Source: Octopus bimaculoides (lineage: Eukaryota). Taken from it: a stretch of DNA of 64,000 nt. Where the stretch lies: assembly GCF_001194135.2 (NCBI RefSeq), contig NC_069001.1, forward strand, positions 3,124,643 through 3,188,642. The letters run 5' to 3'. Of this stretch, positions 35,761 through 49,748 are shown piece by piece. Below the pieces are notes generated by a model. That model did not search any database. It was not told the DNA's origin and saw nothing but the letters and a program-made list of their open reading frames with translations. Within the stretch, counting starts at the first letter, position 1. Each line of letters begins with the position of its first letter. The translations under genes and the position numbers were made by a program.

Positions 35761-37629
35761 GAAAAAAAGAACGAATGAAATAGAATGAAAGAAAATGTAA
35801 TGGTGTGTTTAAATGAATGGAGTGGATGAAAGATAAGGAAGAAAAACGAAAGAACCAAAGGGCGTTGGAATAAGAACAACAATAACAACAACAACCGAAC
35901 AGACAAAACACAAACACACAAACATATACCCACAAACACACGCATGTAAAGAGAGAGAATTATCTCACTCACATACATGTCGACACGTAGAGATATACAC
36001 ACAGATATACAAACACACATACATCTAGTGACATATACACATACTTCCAGCGACATACTGACATACATACAAACACACGCACGCATACATACATAACACA
36101 CACACACACATACATAACACACACACACAAAACGGACCTTGATAAAAAACTCCACCGATCTTTCCACCCCACCCCTTTCCCCATTTACCCACCCCACCCC
36201 TCCGTTACCTTGGATTTNNNNNNNNNNATCTTTCCACCCCACCCCTTTCCCCATTTACCCACCCCACCCCTCCGTTACCTTGGATTTCGCTGACTCTTGG
36301 ATGCCGAGTGACCTTGTTCCATGTGAGACTGGCCACTTTAGCCTCTGATGATAGTCCACAGTCCAGCGGTAAAGACACAGAGTACATGCTGCCATGGCCA
36401 ACGAATTTCTTGAGAGAAATGGTAACAAGAGACGATAGTCGTGGCGGTGATGGTGGTAGATGATGGTGGTAGCTGATGATGGTGGTGCTGCGGACGTTAC
36501 CGATGAAGGAACGTGTGTGTGTCTATGTGCGTGTGTGTGTGCGTGAACATGTCTGGAAGTTTGTGTGTATGTGAATGTATTTACATATCTCAATCTAACA
36601 GCTCTCTAGTTCCCTCTCTCTCTCTCTTTATGTATGTATCTGCATGTGTAACAGGAAGTATGTGTGTGCAGAAATGTGACGAGATGTGTGAGTGTATGTA
36701 TATATATATGTCCGTGTGTCTATATATCTGTATAATACATGTGTGTGTGTTGGTATGTAAGCTGCAGAAGGGAGCATGGGACGATGGAATGAAGTGAAGA
36801 GCTTGTACCTTCCGCTGTCACCACCATATCACACACACAGACACACACACACAGAGATAGGCAAACTGACAAACAGATAGATAGATAGATAGATAGATAC
36901 ATACATACATACATACATACATACATACATAGCAACACAGTACTGGGACAGCGAGTTCACGGATAAATAAACAAGTGAGGTTAAATGTATGTTTATTGTG
37001 TTCACACATGTAAACATATTGTATTTGCACATAGCGAGACACAAGTGAATGTTTATTGAACGTAAACACTATATACATACACACACACATGTATGTATGT
37101 ATGTATGTATACACACGCAAACGGACATACACCAGGGTGGAGGTAAAGCGGGGAATATGATTAATTAGAAAGTAAACAATTGGAAATGTGGTGGTGGTGG
37201 TAACCATGATAGTGAAAGTGTGATGATGGCGATGGTGGTGATGATGATGGTGGTGGTAGTGGTGGTGGTGACGGTGATGGTGGTAACCATGATAGTGACG
37301 GTATGATGATGATGATGATGATGATGGTGGTGTTGATAATGACGCTAATGATGATGACGATGGTTAATAACAGAAGATCCTTATACAAACACTGGAGGAG
37401 GGATGAAGGGGAGGGGGCCTCAAACTTGTCTCGCGCGCACACACACACACACATACACAGAGGGTGAAAGAGGGGGTAATTAATGACGAAGGTGGGGCAA
37501 GTGTTGCAGGTAAAGCAACAGACGACAGTGAGGATTGTCACACTTCTCCACGCATCCCAATAATGACATCTTTGTATTTGTTGTACGCCACAGCTACCGC
37601 CGCCATCGTCATTACATTTGAGTGTCACA

Positions 37630-37633
37630 TCTT

Positions 37634-37667
<34 letters not shown>

Positions 37668-38190
37668 AGGTAAGAGCCACCACCACCACTACAAATATTA
37701 CTGTCACCAACAGTCACAGATGAGTGTAACATTTACTACTACTACCACCACTACTACCTCTACTACTACTACTGCTAACACCAACACTTCTACTACTACT
37801 ACTACAACTATTACTACTACCTCTACTATCATTGCTACTACCACCTCTACTACTACTGCTACTACTGCTACAGGTAAGAACCACCACCACCACCACTACT
37901 CCTACTACTACTACTGCTACAGGTAAGAACCACCACCACCACCACCACTACTACTACTACCACCACCACCACTACTACTACCTCTACTACTGCTACCACC
38001 AACACTTCTACTACTACAACTATTACTACTACCTCTACTACTATTGCTACTACCACCTCTACTACTACTGCTACTACTACTACTACAACTACTGCTACAA
38101 CATAACTATTACTGCTTTTACTACTGCGTCTATTATTACTACAGCTGCAACAACATCAAAACTACTACCACTACTACTGCTCCTACCACA
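37630..38190. repeat. Compound (CTA)n/(CCA)n repeat with internal duplications
   Basis: Repeated ctacaggtaagaaccaccaccacc units and a duplicated ~85-bp block starting caccaacacttctactact. Confidence 0.8.
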
Positions 38191-38356
38191 ACACAAACTA
38201 CTATCTCAATAGTTCACATAGTGTTGTTATTTCTTTCCAACCAACCCCCTTGCCATCTAGTTGGTTGACCCTGACTGACCAGACCTGTGGTCAATGGTAT
38301 TCCACCCGTGGCCAATCTCTTTGTGTTTTGTTTTTCTTTTTTTTTTATTCAAACAG

Positions 38357-38732
38357 GGTATGGTTGTGTGGATAAGAAGCTCGCTTTGCAACCATGTGAT
38401 TCTGGGTTCAATCCTACAGTATGGGACCTTGGGCAAGTTTCTTTTGCTATAGCCTCAAGCCAACTAATGTCTTGCAAGAAAAATATTTGGTAGATGGAAA
38501 CTGTGTGGAAGCCTGTAGTGTGTGTGTGTTTGTCTCCCCCCCCCCCNNNNNNNNNNNNNNNNNNNNNNNNNNNNNNNNNNNNNNNNNNNNTGGCAAAAGA
38601 GACTGATAGAATAAGTATCAAACTTTAAAAAAATAAGTCTTAGAGTCTTTATTCATTCGACTAAAAATTCTTTGAGGCAATGCCCCAGCATGGTCACAGT
38701 CTAATAGCTGAAACAAGTAAAATATAAAAGAT
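38357..38732 (+). mobile_element. SINE family A spanning an N gap
   Basis: ggttgtgtggataagaagctcgctttgcaacc...ccttgggcaag...ggcaaaagagactgatagaataagt...gccccagcatgg...ctgaaacaagtaaaa. Confidence 0.75.
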
Positions 38733-38907
38733 ACTAAATCAATCTAATATACCGTTAAACAAATCCATGAGAAACATTCCTATTATTACAAAAGATTTGT
38801 TTTCAATAAATAACATTAATAATTTATAATTACAAACGAAGCACAATTTATTGTATATTATAAAAACCATAATTTAATAAATCAGCTTATATAATAACGT
38901 ATTTAAT

Positions 38908-39070
38908 GGTGAGGCGCATGAATCAGTGGTTACAGCGTTGGGCTGACAATCATGAGGTAATGAGTTCGATTCCTGGACTGGGCTGTGTGTTGTGTTCTTG
39001 AGCAAGACACTTTATTTCATGTTGTTCCAGTTCCCACAGCTGTAGAAATGAATTGCAATGTCACCGGTGC
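38908..39070 (+). mobile_element. SINE family D head (tRNA-like, Pol III boxes)
   Basis: ggtgaggcgcatgaatcagtggttacagcg (box A-like), gagttcgattcc (box B, 38962-38973), then gtgttcttgagcaagacacttt, which resembles conserved SINE central domains. No cloverleaf 3' stem. Confidence 0.7.
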
Positions 39071-39641
39071 CACCGGCACGATGTGAAATAAATCGGTTAC
39101 ACATCCATAATACACAAAATATTTTAACAATTTTTTATACAAGTCCTAATAACATTTAATTATAAAAATGCAATTAGGATTTTTTAAACATCCAATGGCT
39201 GGGGGGTGGGGAACACAAGTAAAATAAGAATCAAAGGGGTCTCTAGGCAAAAAATAGTTGAGAAGCCCTGAACCTTTTAAAGCAGTGCCCCAAGATGAGC
39301 ACTGGAATCGTGGTGATCAACTAACCCCTCCCCTCAAAAGTGACTGAAATGAATAAAAGGTAAAAGGTATGACTAAATTAACTAAATAAACCTCAATCAC
39401 CAGGGTATTATTAATAAGCCACCATTACCAAACCAAATATTACCAAACTTGTCAACAAACCTCGATTTCATCCTTGGGGTGGGGGTCAATAAAATAAGTA
39501 CCAGTTGAGCACTGGGGTTATTGTATTTGACTAACCCTGCCCCTCAAATCTGCCAGCCTTGTACCTAAAGTAGAAAGAGTTATTAGTAGTAAACTGCTAC
39601 AAACAAATATCTCTTAGTTTTAACATGTGACCTTTTCCTTC

Positions 39642-39675
<34 letters not shown>

Positions 39676-39989
39676 TACACAACAATTTTTGCAACAGTTT
39701 TCATCTTTTATGCTACATTGAAGAACATTCTTTATCTGTGCTTCCAGATTCTGTGTTTTAAATATCAAAGTACTATGTTTAGCAGCACTGCATAAGCTAT
39801 TGTTTCAAAACAAGATTATTTATCCCTGTTGACATATTGGCAGGATCGTTACTGCACTGGAAGAAGTTTTTTGTAGCATTCATTCCAGCTCTTTAGGTTC
39901 CGAGTTCAAAAATCTCACCATAATGAACTTTCTCTTTCATCCTTTTGGGGGTCAATAAAATAAGCACCGGTGAAGCACCGGGCTCAATG

Positions 39990-40860
39990 TGATCCTCTCG
40001 CTCCTCCCCCAAAATTTCAGGTTGTTATTATTATTATTATTATTATCATTATTATTATTATTATTATTATCATTATTATTATTATCATTATTATTATTAT
40101 TATTATCATTATTATTATTATTATTATTATCATTATTATCATTATCATTATTATTATCATTATTATTATTATTATTATCATCATTATTATTATTATTATT
40201 ATCATTATTATTATTATTATNNNNNNNNNNNNNNNNNNNNNNNNNNNNNNNNNNNNNNNNNNNNNNNNNNNNNNNNNNNNNNNNNNNNNNNNNNNNNNNN
40301 NNNNNNNNNNNNNNNNNNNNNNNNNNNNNNNNNNNNNNNNNNNNNNNNNNNNNNNNNNNNNNNNNNNNNNNNNNNNNNNNNNNNNNNNNNNNNNNNNNNN
40401 NNNNNNNNNNNNNNNNNNNNNNNNNNNNNNNNNNNNNNNNNNNNNNNNNNNNNNNNNNNNNNNNNNNNNNNNNNNNNNNNNNNNNNNNNNNNNNNNNNNN
40501 NNNNNNNNNNNNNNNNNNNNNNNNNNNNNNNNNNNNNNNNNNNNNNNNNNNNNNNNNNNNNNNNNNNNNNNNNNNNNNNNNNNNNNNNNNNNNNNNNNNN
40601 NNNNNNNNNNNNNNNNNNNNNNNNNNNNNNNNNNNNNNNNNNNNNNNNNNNNNNNNNNNNNNNNNNNNNNNNNNNNNNNNNNNNNNNNNNNNNNNNNNNN
40701 NNNNNNNNNNNNNNNNNNNNNNNNNNNNNNNNNNNNNNNNNNNNNNNNNNNNNNNNNNNNNNNNNNNNNNNNNAGGTTGTTATTATTATTATTATTATTA
40801 TCATTATTATTATTATTATTATTATCATTATTATTATTATCATTATTATTATTATTATTA

Positions 40861-40891
<31 letters not shown>

Positions 40892-40926
40892 CATTATTAT
40901 TATTATTATCATTATTATTATTATTA

Positions 40927-40964
<38 letters not shown>

Positions 40965-40970
40965 TCATTC
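39990..40970. repeat. Long (ATT)n/(ATC) microsatellite spanning a gap, at the tail of a SINE B copy (39835-40020)
   Basis: Read directly from the sequence. Confidence 0.9.
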
Positions 40971-41531
40971 ATGCACAACAATGGTGGTGGTAGTAGTAGA
41001 AATAATGGGGTGAGCAGGCAGAATCCCCAGAACACTCAGACAAAATGCTCAGCCGTTCCATCCATAGACCAGGTCAACTTGAACACAGGTCATCATAACC
41101 AACAGAGGGGCCAGTTGATAGGGTTAGGGTTAGGGTTAGTTGCATTGTACGTTTTAGCGTTGAGTCTGTGACTGCTAAGAACATATTCTTTGCAGATTGT
41201 ATTATTGTAATCTGTGGCAATTGTTTATGAAACACGAGTTGTAAGTTGTTGATGCTGTGTTTAGATGAGTTGGTTAGATGGCATTGAATGTCAATTATGT
41301 AAGAGGGTACATTATTGGGTGGCCACTATGTAGAATACACGTTGTCTGGGTTGTATTACATTTGTCTTAGCACTTGAAGGTGGTGCTTTGAAGCGAATGT
41401 GTTGTATAGACCAATGCTTCTCAAACTATCTGATGCGGTGCACTGGCAATTTTTTTTTTTCCAGTGTGCCAGAGACCGATAATATTTCTAAATAATATTA
41501 ATTTAAACCGGAAACAATATATATAATGAAT

Positions 41532-41737
41532 AAGGCAGCAAACTGGCAAAAATGTTAACCCACCGGGCAAAATGCTTAGCGGTATTTCGTTTGTCTTTAC
41601 ATTCTGAGTTCAAATTCCGATGAAGTCGACTTTGTCTTATATCCTTTCAGGGTCGATAAAATAAGTACCAGTTGTGTACTGGGGATCGACTAGCCCCCTC
41701 CCTTGAAATTGCTAGCCTTGTGCCAAAATTTGAAACT
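41532..41737 (+). mobile_element. SINE family B
   Basis: aaggcagcaaactggcaaaaatgttaacc...gagttcaaattccgatgaagtcgac...gctagccttgtgccaaaatttgaaac. Confidence 0.8.
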
Positions 41738-42539
41738 ATTCCTACTAGTACTGCTGCTGCTTCTGTTGCTGCTACTACTACTATTGTTATTATTATTATT
41801 ACATATCTCCACAGAGATTGCAGATAAGACTGCTAAAGAAAAGCCTGTTAACAAAAGTGACATGATAGATTCCACACAAGTTAATCAGACTCCTGTCATA
41901 CATCTTATCATTGCTTAGACAACAACTAGTCTGAAATAACAGACAATAATAATAGTAATAGTCCTTGATCGGAAGGATAACGATGACAACAATGATTTGG
42001 TGGTGGTGGTGGTGGCGGCGGTGGCGGTGGTGGTGGTGAACATGATTTTGATAGATGTGGTTATTACTACTGATAATAGTGGTGACTGTAGGTGATCATA
42101 AAGATGTGTATGTATGCATGTATGTTTGTAATGTATGTATGAGTGTGTGTGTGTATAACAGAGTGGTTATATGCATTTATATATATATATATATTGATGT
42201 TTGTGTGTATCCAGACATAAAATAAACACACATACACTCATATACACACAAGAGTCAACACACAGACCTGATAGAAAGAGCAACTGATTTCCTTTCAAAT
42301 AACAATTGAGAGTAGTTAAATAAATAACAGGTGTCTTGTCACAAGGAGAACATTTTGGATGAGGTAGTCTTCAATAATAGACATGCAACAAAATGGCTTC
42401 GTCAGGAATGTCTTCGGTCATAACAGACATTATAAATAAGGCAAGGCTGATCAAGAATTGACCACCAACATATATATATATATATATAATCAATGTTGTC
42501 TGAACAGGTGGATGGTGCGCTATGCATCAGGTGTTGAAG

Positions 42540-42665
42540 TGATTGCAGAGTAACATGAGATGAAGTGTTTTGCTCAAGAACACAAAGTACCACCCAGTCT
42601 AGGAATTGAAACTATGATCTTGCAATTGTGAGTACCACACCTTAACCACTAGGCCATGCACCCTC
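42540..42665 (-). mobile_element. SINE family D head
   Basis: gaagtgttttgctcaagaacac...aggaattgaaac...ccttaaccactaggccatgcaccctcac is the inverse of 38908-39030. Confidence 0.6.
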
Positions 42666-42969
42666 ACACACACACACACACACAAACAGACAGGTGCAAA
42701 CATACACCTATACACACTATGCACAGCATAAGAATGTATATATATATATACACAGCCATAAGAAACTGGAAACTGAGGCAGACAAGAATAATGTCTTCGC
42801 CAGTCTTTCAAAGTGTGTCTATGTGTGAACACGTGGGTATATATGTGTATGTATGTGTGTGTCTGTGTTCATGCATGTGTATATGTATGCACATTTGTGT
42901 ATGAATGTGTGTTTATATATATGTGCATGTGTGTGTATGCATGTATGTATGAGCATGTGTACATTTATT

Positions 42970-43009
<40 letters not shown>

Positions 43010-43751
43010 ATGTATACATATGCATACATATATTACACACATACATAGACATACACACGCATATACATATATAAAGATACACATGATTGTCAATGAGTGT
43101 GTGTGTGTGGGTAACATCAACCATTCTGCCACTCCTGTCAACATAATTAATAAGACAAAGATTAATATTATAGATTGTGTTCGTTAATTAAAAGGTAGAG
43201 AACACTGAATACACACCACCACCATCAACACCACCACCATCAACACCACCACTACAGCCATCATCATCATCACCACCAACAACACTACCACTACTATTTT
43301 CTATTATTATTATTATTATTATTATTAACTCCANNNNNNNNNNNNNNNNNNNNNNNNNNNNNNNNNNNNNNNNNNNNNNNNNNNNNNNNNNNNNNNNNNN
43401 NNNNNNNNNNNNNNNNNNNNNNNNNNNNNNNNNNNNNNNNNNNNNNNNNNNNNNNNNNNNNNNNNNNNNNNNNNNNNNNNNNNNNNNNNNNNNNNNNNNN
43501 NNNNNNNNNNNNNNNNNNNNNNNNNNNNNNNNNNNNNNNNNNNNNNNNNNNNNNNNNNNNNNNNNNNNNNNNNNNNNNNNNNNNNNNNNNNNNNNNNNNN
43601 NNNNNNNNNNNNNNNNNNNNNNNNNNNNNNNNNNNNNNNNNNNNNNNNNNNNNNNNNNNNNNNNNNNNNNNNNNNNNNNNNNNNNNNNNNNNNNNNNNNN
43701 NNNNNNNNNNNNNNNNNNNNNNNNNNNNNNNNNNNNNNNNNNNNNNNNNNN

Positions 43752-43801
<50 letters not shown>

Positions 43802-46665
43802 AGAAAAACACATATATGCAGATAAACGTATATACACTCATTTAGCAATAAACACACACACACACACACGTATTTTTTAGGAAACATCAAGAAAACACAG
43901 GAAATATTTTGGCAAAAAGTCAGATTGAAAAATGCATTAATATAATGGTAATAGACATAGGTGATGATGATGTGGAAGTTGTTGTGGTTGGTGGTAGTGG
44001 TGGTGGTATTGGGGGGAGGGGAGTTGATGGTGGTGGTGGTGGTGGTGGTGAAGACGGTGAGTAATAATGGTTGGATGTGATGACAGCAACAATAATAAAG
44101 ACATTGATGACAATGATGATAAAGACCACAACAAAAATGATGATGACGATGATGGTGATGACAGTAGTAGTAGTAGTAGTAGTAGGTAGTGATGAATAAT
44201 CAGTATGGTTGTGATGATGATGATGATGTCAATGATGATGAAAGTGTTCTTGTAGTTGATAGTGATCATGATTGTGATGATATGGTCATGATGATGATGA
44301 TGGCAGTGATGATAACGATGGTGATGATGATGATAATGATGATGATGGTAGTGATGAAGGTAGTGGTGATGATGATGATGGTGGTGGTGGTGGTGGTGGT
44401 GGTGGTGATGGTAGTTGGTAATAAATATAGTTATATTTCATGTGAGAATTGAATTTAAGAGGTTAAAAGCCTGAGCCAATTTATTCTAAATAACTTAACC
44501 CCCAAGCCCCAACCATTACCTAACTACGTCCCCTTCAATTTGCCAACATATCAAAATCATGAGAACCTACCTTTGCCATATCACCCCTCTTTTCACACAA
44601 TTTGTCCCACTTAAAGTATATCACAATAGCAAGAGAGCTTCTACATGGCTTCTATATTTGCTAGAAATAAAAGCTAAATCTCCTCAAAATTACACTCTGT
44701 TGATTTAAACAAAGAAGGGCAACCATTAGATAATGTATTTCTCTGAGATACAAAGGATACAGGATGGCCACAGCTGGAACACTTTTGATCAGAGGTCAGG
44801 CTGGATCAGGGCTAATTTGGGACTAAACAGCAACAACCTACCCCAGCAACCTCCATGTCACACCCTCTACTTTATCCACCCACCTACCCACCGACCACAA
44901 CTTTGACCCAACAAACTTACCCCCTCCCCGTCCACAAGTCCAACTTCACTCCACCACTCCTATCCATCCATCCCACACCTCCATCTTGCCTCATCCACTT
45001 TCAGAATGCAACACCACACATCTACCCTCATATCACCACCTGATTCCATCTACATGTGCCATGCCACCACCCCTTCCAATCCCACCCCACCCCACAAATC
45101 CATCCACCCTTCTCACCCCAATTAATTTAAGTGTTTCCACAACACTACAGTGCCACCCTATCACTCATCTTGTCCTACCCCTGCCCCATCTGCATACCCT
45201 ACTACACCATTCCACCCACCGTCCCACACTGCCACCACCACCACCACCACAGCTACCCTCATATGACAGCATGCCCCACCCCATCACCCAACCTCTCCTA
45301 ACCCTACCACCCCTCCAACTCCCAACCAATCACCTGTCATTTCAAATAGTTGGGGATTGAATTTGCAAATCCACTCTCACCCCATCTACCTACCCTGTCC
45401 TGCCCCATCACCCATCCCACTTCCATGCCATCAACCATCCTACACCACACCATCCCATTCCACTCATCCCAATCCAGGTGTATACCCATCCTACCCTCTA
45501 ACCACCATCACACAGCTCCCCACCCCACAGCTCCCCACCCCACCAATCTATAAGTCTTTAAACAAACAAAAAAATCAATGCATTCTACAATTGTGTCTAA
45601 AAACAATAAAACAGACTTCTTAATATTTCTGGCTTTGGTTGGTTTCTTTCTGGGTGGCTGGCAGAGTAGATGGCTGGGTGGTTGNNNNNNNNNNNNNNNN
45701 NNNNNNNNNNNNNNNNNNNNNNNNNNNNNNNNNNNNNNNNNNNNNNNNNNNNNNNNNNNNNNNNNNNNNNNNNNNNNNNNNNNNNNNNNNNNNNNNNNNN
45801 NNNNNNNNNNNNNNNNNNNNNNNNNNNNNNNNNNNNNNNNNNNNNNNNNNNNNNNNNNNNNNNNNNNNNNNNNNNNNNNNNNNNNNNNNNNNNNNNNNNN
45901 NNNNNNNNNNNNNNNNNNNNNNNNNNNNNNNNNNNNNNNNNNNNNNNNNNNNNNNNNNNNNNNNNNNNNNNNNNNNNNNNNNNNNNNNNNNNNNNNNNNN
46001 NNNNNNNNNNNNNNNNNNNNNNNNNNNNNNNNNNNNNNNNNNNNNNNNNNNNNNNNNNNNNNNNNNNNNNNNNNNNNNNNNNNNNNNNNNNNNNNNNNNN
46101 NNNNNNNNNNNNNNNNNNNNNNNNNNNNNNNNNNNNNNNNNNNNNNNNNNNNNNNNNNNNNNNNNNNNNNNNNNNNNNNNNNNNNNNNNNNNNNNNNNNN
46201 NNNNNNNNNNNNNNNNNNNNNNNNNNNNNNNNNNNNNNNNNNNNNNNNNNNNNNNNNNNNNNNNNNNNNNNNNNNNNNNNNNNNNNNNNNNNNNNNNNNN
46301 NNNNNNNNNNNNNNNNNNNNNNNNNNNNNNNNNNNNNNNNNNNNNNNNNNNNNNNNNNNNNNNNNNNNNNNNNNNNNNNNNNNNNNNNNNNNNNNNNNNN
46401 NNNNNNNNNNNNNNNNNNNNNNNNNNNNNNNNNNNNNNNNNNNNNNNNNNNNNNNNNNNNNNNNNNNNNNNNNNNGTGTGTGAATATATTATATATATAT
46501 ATATATATATGTAATATATATTATATGTATATTACATAGATATCATGTATATATTACATATGGCTGTGCATGTATATACACATAAAGAGATGGGTATATG
46601 TATGTATACATCTATGCATAAAGAGATATGTATATGTGTGTATGCATATACATATATAAGCACAT

Positions 46666-46698
<33 letters not shown>

Positions 46699-47003
46699 CA
46701 GGGAGAGAGAGAGAGTGACAGAAAGACAGCTGAAGGAAAAGTGAGATAAAGAGAGACAAAAGGAAGTCTAATACTTGGAAGTTTCAAGTATTCAAAGTAT
46801 AATGGTTTACATTTAAAGTTCCTCTACTTGAAAGAAATATCCGACATTAGATATATAAAATGTCCATAATAGATTCCGTTTCTTATTACCAGTTTTGGAG
46901 AGATGGGTAGGATGATTAATAAATAGAGAGAGATAGAGAGATAGCTAGATACCTAGGCAGACAGTGACATGGATAGATAGATAGACAGGCACATAAATAA
47001 ACT

Positions 47004-47052
<49 letters not shown>

Positions 47053-47070
47053 NNNNNNNNNNTGTGTGCG

Positions 47071-47112
<42 letters not shown>

Positions 47113-47159
47113 GAAATATGTATATGTATGTGTGAAAAATGTGAGAGTATAAGAAATGA

Positions 47160-47700
47160 GCCTTATATATTAGTATTGATATAAAACATCTTAAGAGGAT
47201 ATGCTTAATTAGGCATCTAAGAGTGGGAAAAGTAACGAGAAGAATTGACTTACCAAATGAGTCATTTTCAGACCCGAGAGAGTTAGTGAAATCCATATTG
47301 ATGCTGGATGTGAAGGGAAAATTCCCTTCCCAACAGACAAAGGCAACAATCTGGGAGATATCCAGAATGGTTGAATATCCCGAATTGGAAGCAGATATGT
47401 TTTATATCTGACATCTATGAGTCATCCATGTGAAAGAAGTATCAAACATCATCTGGTATGTAAAACTGAGTTCAATCTTGGGAAGAAGAACTCGATTCTT
47501 ATAGGTATAAAAGTCATCAGTTTGGAGAAATATAGCCAGAGGTTTAATCCCCAGGAGGTGAAGTTTATAAGTATCATTGATATATAAGCTTTATGATTTA
47601 ATTAGCCTCAAAGAAGATTTCATAAATGGTAGGGGAGAAAAAGTCGAGTCCAATCAAAAAGGAATTTTTTCTACTGATGTAAATACAATGAGAAGATTGA
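47160..47700 (-). pseudogene. Possible highly degenerate LINE RT fragment
   Basis: One minus frame gives IFNHSGYLPDCC...HQYGFH, loosely like the RT motifs LFNxSxxxGxxPxxW and QxGFR. Many stops. Confidence 0.25.
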
Positions 47701-47911
47701 TTGCAGATTTCGTGTGTGTGTGTGTGTGAATATATTATATATATATATATATATATGTAATATATATTATATGTATATTACATAGATATCATGTATATAT
47801 TACATATGGCTGTGCATGTATATACACATAAAGAGATGGGTATATGTATGTATACATCTATGCATAAAGAGATATGTATATGTGTGTATGCATATACATA
47901 TATAAGCACAT

Positions 47912-47944
<33 letters not shown>

Positions 47945-48424
47945 CAGGGAGAGANNNNNNNNNNNNNNNNNNNNNNNNNNNNNNNNNNNNNNNNNNNNNN
48001 NNNNNNNNNNNNNNNNNNNNNNNNNNNNNNNNNNNNNNNNNNNNNNNNNNNNNNNNNNNNNNNNNNNNNNNNNNNNNNNNNNNNNNNNNNNNNNNNNNNN
48101 NNNNNNNNNNNNNNNNNNNNNNNNNNNNNNNNNNNNNNNNNNNNNNNNNNNNNNNNNNNNNNNNNNNNNNNNNNNNNNNNNNNNNNNNNNNNNNNNNNNN
48201 NNNNNNNNNNNNNNNNNNNNNNNNNNNNNNNNNNNNNNNNNNNNNNNNNNNNNNNNNNNNNNNNNNNNNNNNNNNNNNNNNNNNNNNNNNNNNNNNNNNN
48301 NNNNNNNNNNNNNNNNNNNNNNNNNNNNNNNNNNNNNNNNNNNNNNNNNNNNNNNNNNNNNNNNNNNNNNNNNNNNNNNNNNNNNNNNNNNNNNNNNNNN
48401 NNNNNNNNNNNNNNNNNNNNNNNN

Positions 48425-48484
<60 letters not shown>

Positions 48485-48732
48485 ACAGACAGATAAATGG
48501 GATGAGTTCAAAACTTAGCTACACTTGAGTTTGGATTTTTTTTTTTTTTTGTTCTTGAAGAGATTCTACGACAGAGAGATGGAGGCTATGTTATTCCTTA
48601 CAGCAACCAGGAACTACACAAGAATCTTTCTTTCAGTAAACTAAATTCTCATTGAAGTTCTTCCATCATCAAAAAAGATGGAAAGAAACTATGACACATA
48701 TTACCTCACACTTCTTTTCACACTTCTCTAAT

Positions 48733-48800
<68 letters not shown>

Positions 48801-49009
48801 AGATACATATATATGCACACACAACACAAACACATAAACATACACACACACAAAAACACACACTGAAAGACATAATTATACATACACACATACAAACATG
48901 CATGTACATACACAAACATACACACATAAAAACAGTCTCACACACATACACATATAAGCAGACACAAAAATACATTCACACACCCATAAACATGCAAACA
49001 CGCACACAC

Positions 49010-49075
<66 letters not shown>

Positions 49076-49748
49076 NNNNNNNNNNNNNNNNNNNNNNNNN
49101 NNNNNNNNNNNNNNNNNNNNNNNNNNNNNNNNNNNNNNNNNNNNNNNNNNNNNNNNNNNNNNNNNNNNNNNNNNNNNNNNNNNNNNNNNNNNNNNNNNNN
49201 NNNNNNNNNNNNNNNNNNNNNNNNNNNNNNNNNNNNNNNNNNNNNNNNNNNNNNNNNNNNNNNNNNNNNNNNNNNNNNNNNNNNNNNNNNNNNNNNNNNN
49301 NNNNNNNNNNNNNNNNNNNNNNNNNNNNNNNNNNNNNNNNNNNNNNNNNNNNNNNNNNNNNNNNNNNNNNNNNNNNNNNNNNNNNNNNNNNNNNNNNNNN
49401 NNNNNNNNNNNNNNNNNNNNNNNNNNNNNNNNNNNNNNNNNNNNNNNNNNNNNNNNNNNNNNNNNNNNNNNNNNNNNNNNNNNNNNNNNNNNNNNNNNNN
49501 NNNNNNNNNNNNNNNNNNNNNNNNNNNNNNNNNNNNNNNNNNNNNNNNNNNNNNNNNNNNNNNNNNNNNNNNNNNNNNNNNNNNNNNNNNNNNNNNNNNN
49601 NNNNNNNNNNNNNNNNNNNNNNNNNNNNNNNNNNNNNNNNNNATATATATATATATATATATACACATACACATATATACATACACACATACATATATGT
49701 GTGTACATACATACATACATACCTACATACACACACAGATATCAAAAC

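Larger units (their letters stand above)
33600..37600. promoter_or_regulatory. CpG-retaining domain, possible promoter region
   Basis: By eye, CG dinucleotides are much more frequent here, even inside (TG)n-type repeats (tacgcgtg, gcgcgtgt, atagcgca), than in most of the window, where CATG/TG decay products dominate. Not counted. Confidence 0.3.

Noticed and set aside
36166-36287. Direct duplication around a 10-N gap (also 61125-61400 and 61990-62260)
   Set aside because: Identical sequence on both sides of short placeholder gaps is typical of unmerged contig overlaps.
37464-37673. 69-aa plus-strand ORF (VKEGVINDEGG...)
   Set aside because: No homology recognised, no good acceptor, and it ends in a (CTA)n repeat.
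38908-38985. tRNA gene
   Set aside because: Box A/B-like motifs are present, but the sequence continues into a SINE body shared with other copies and I cannot form an acceptor stem. The same applies to the A and B family heads.
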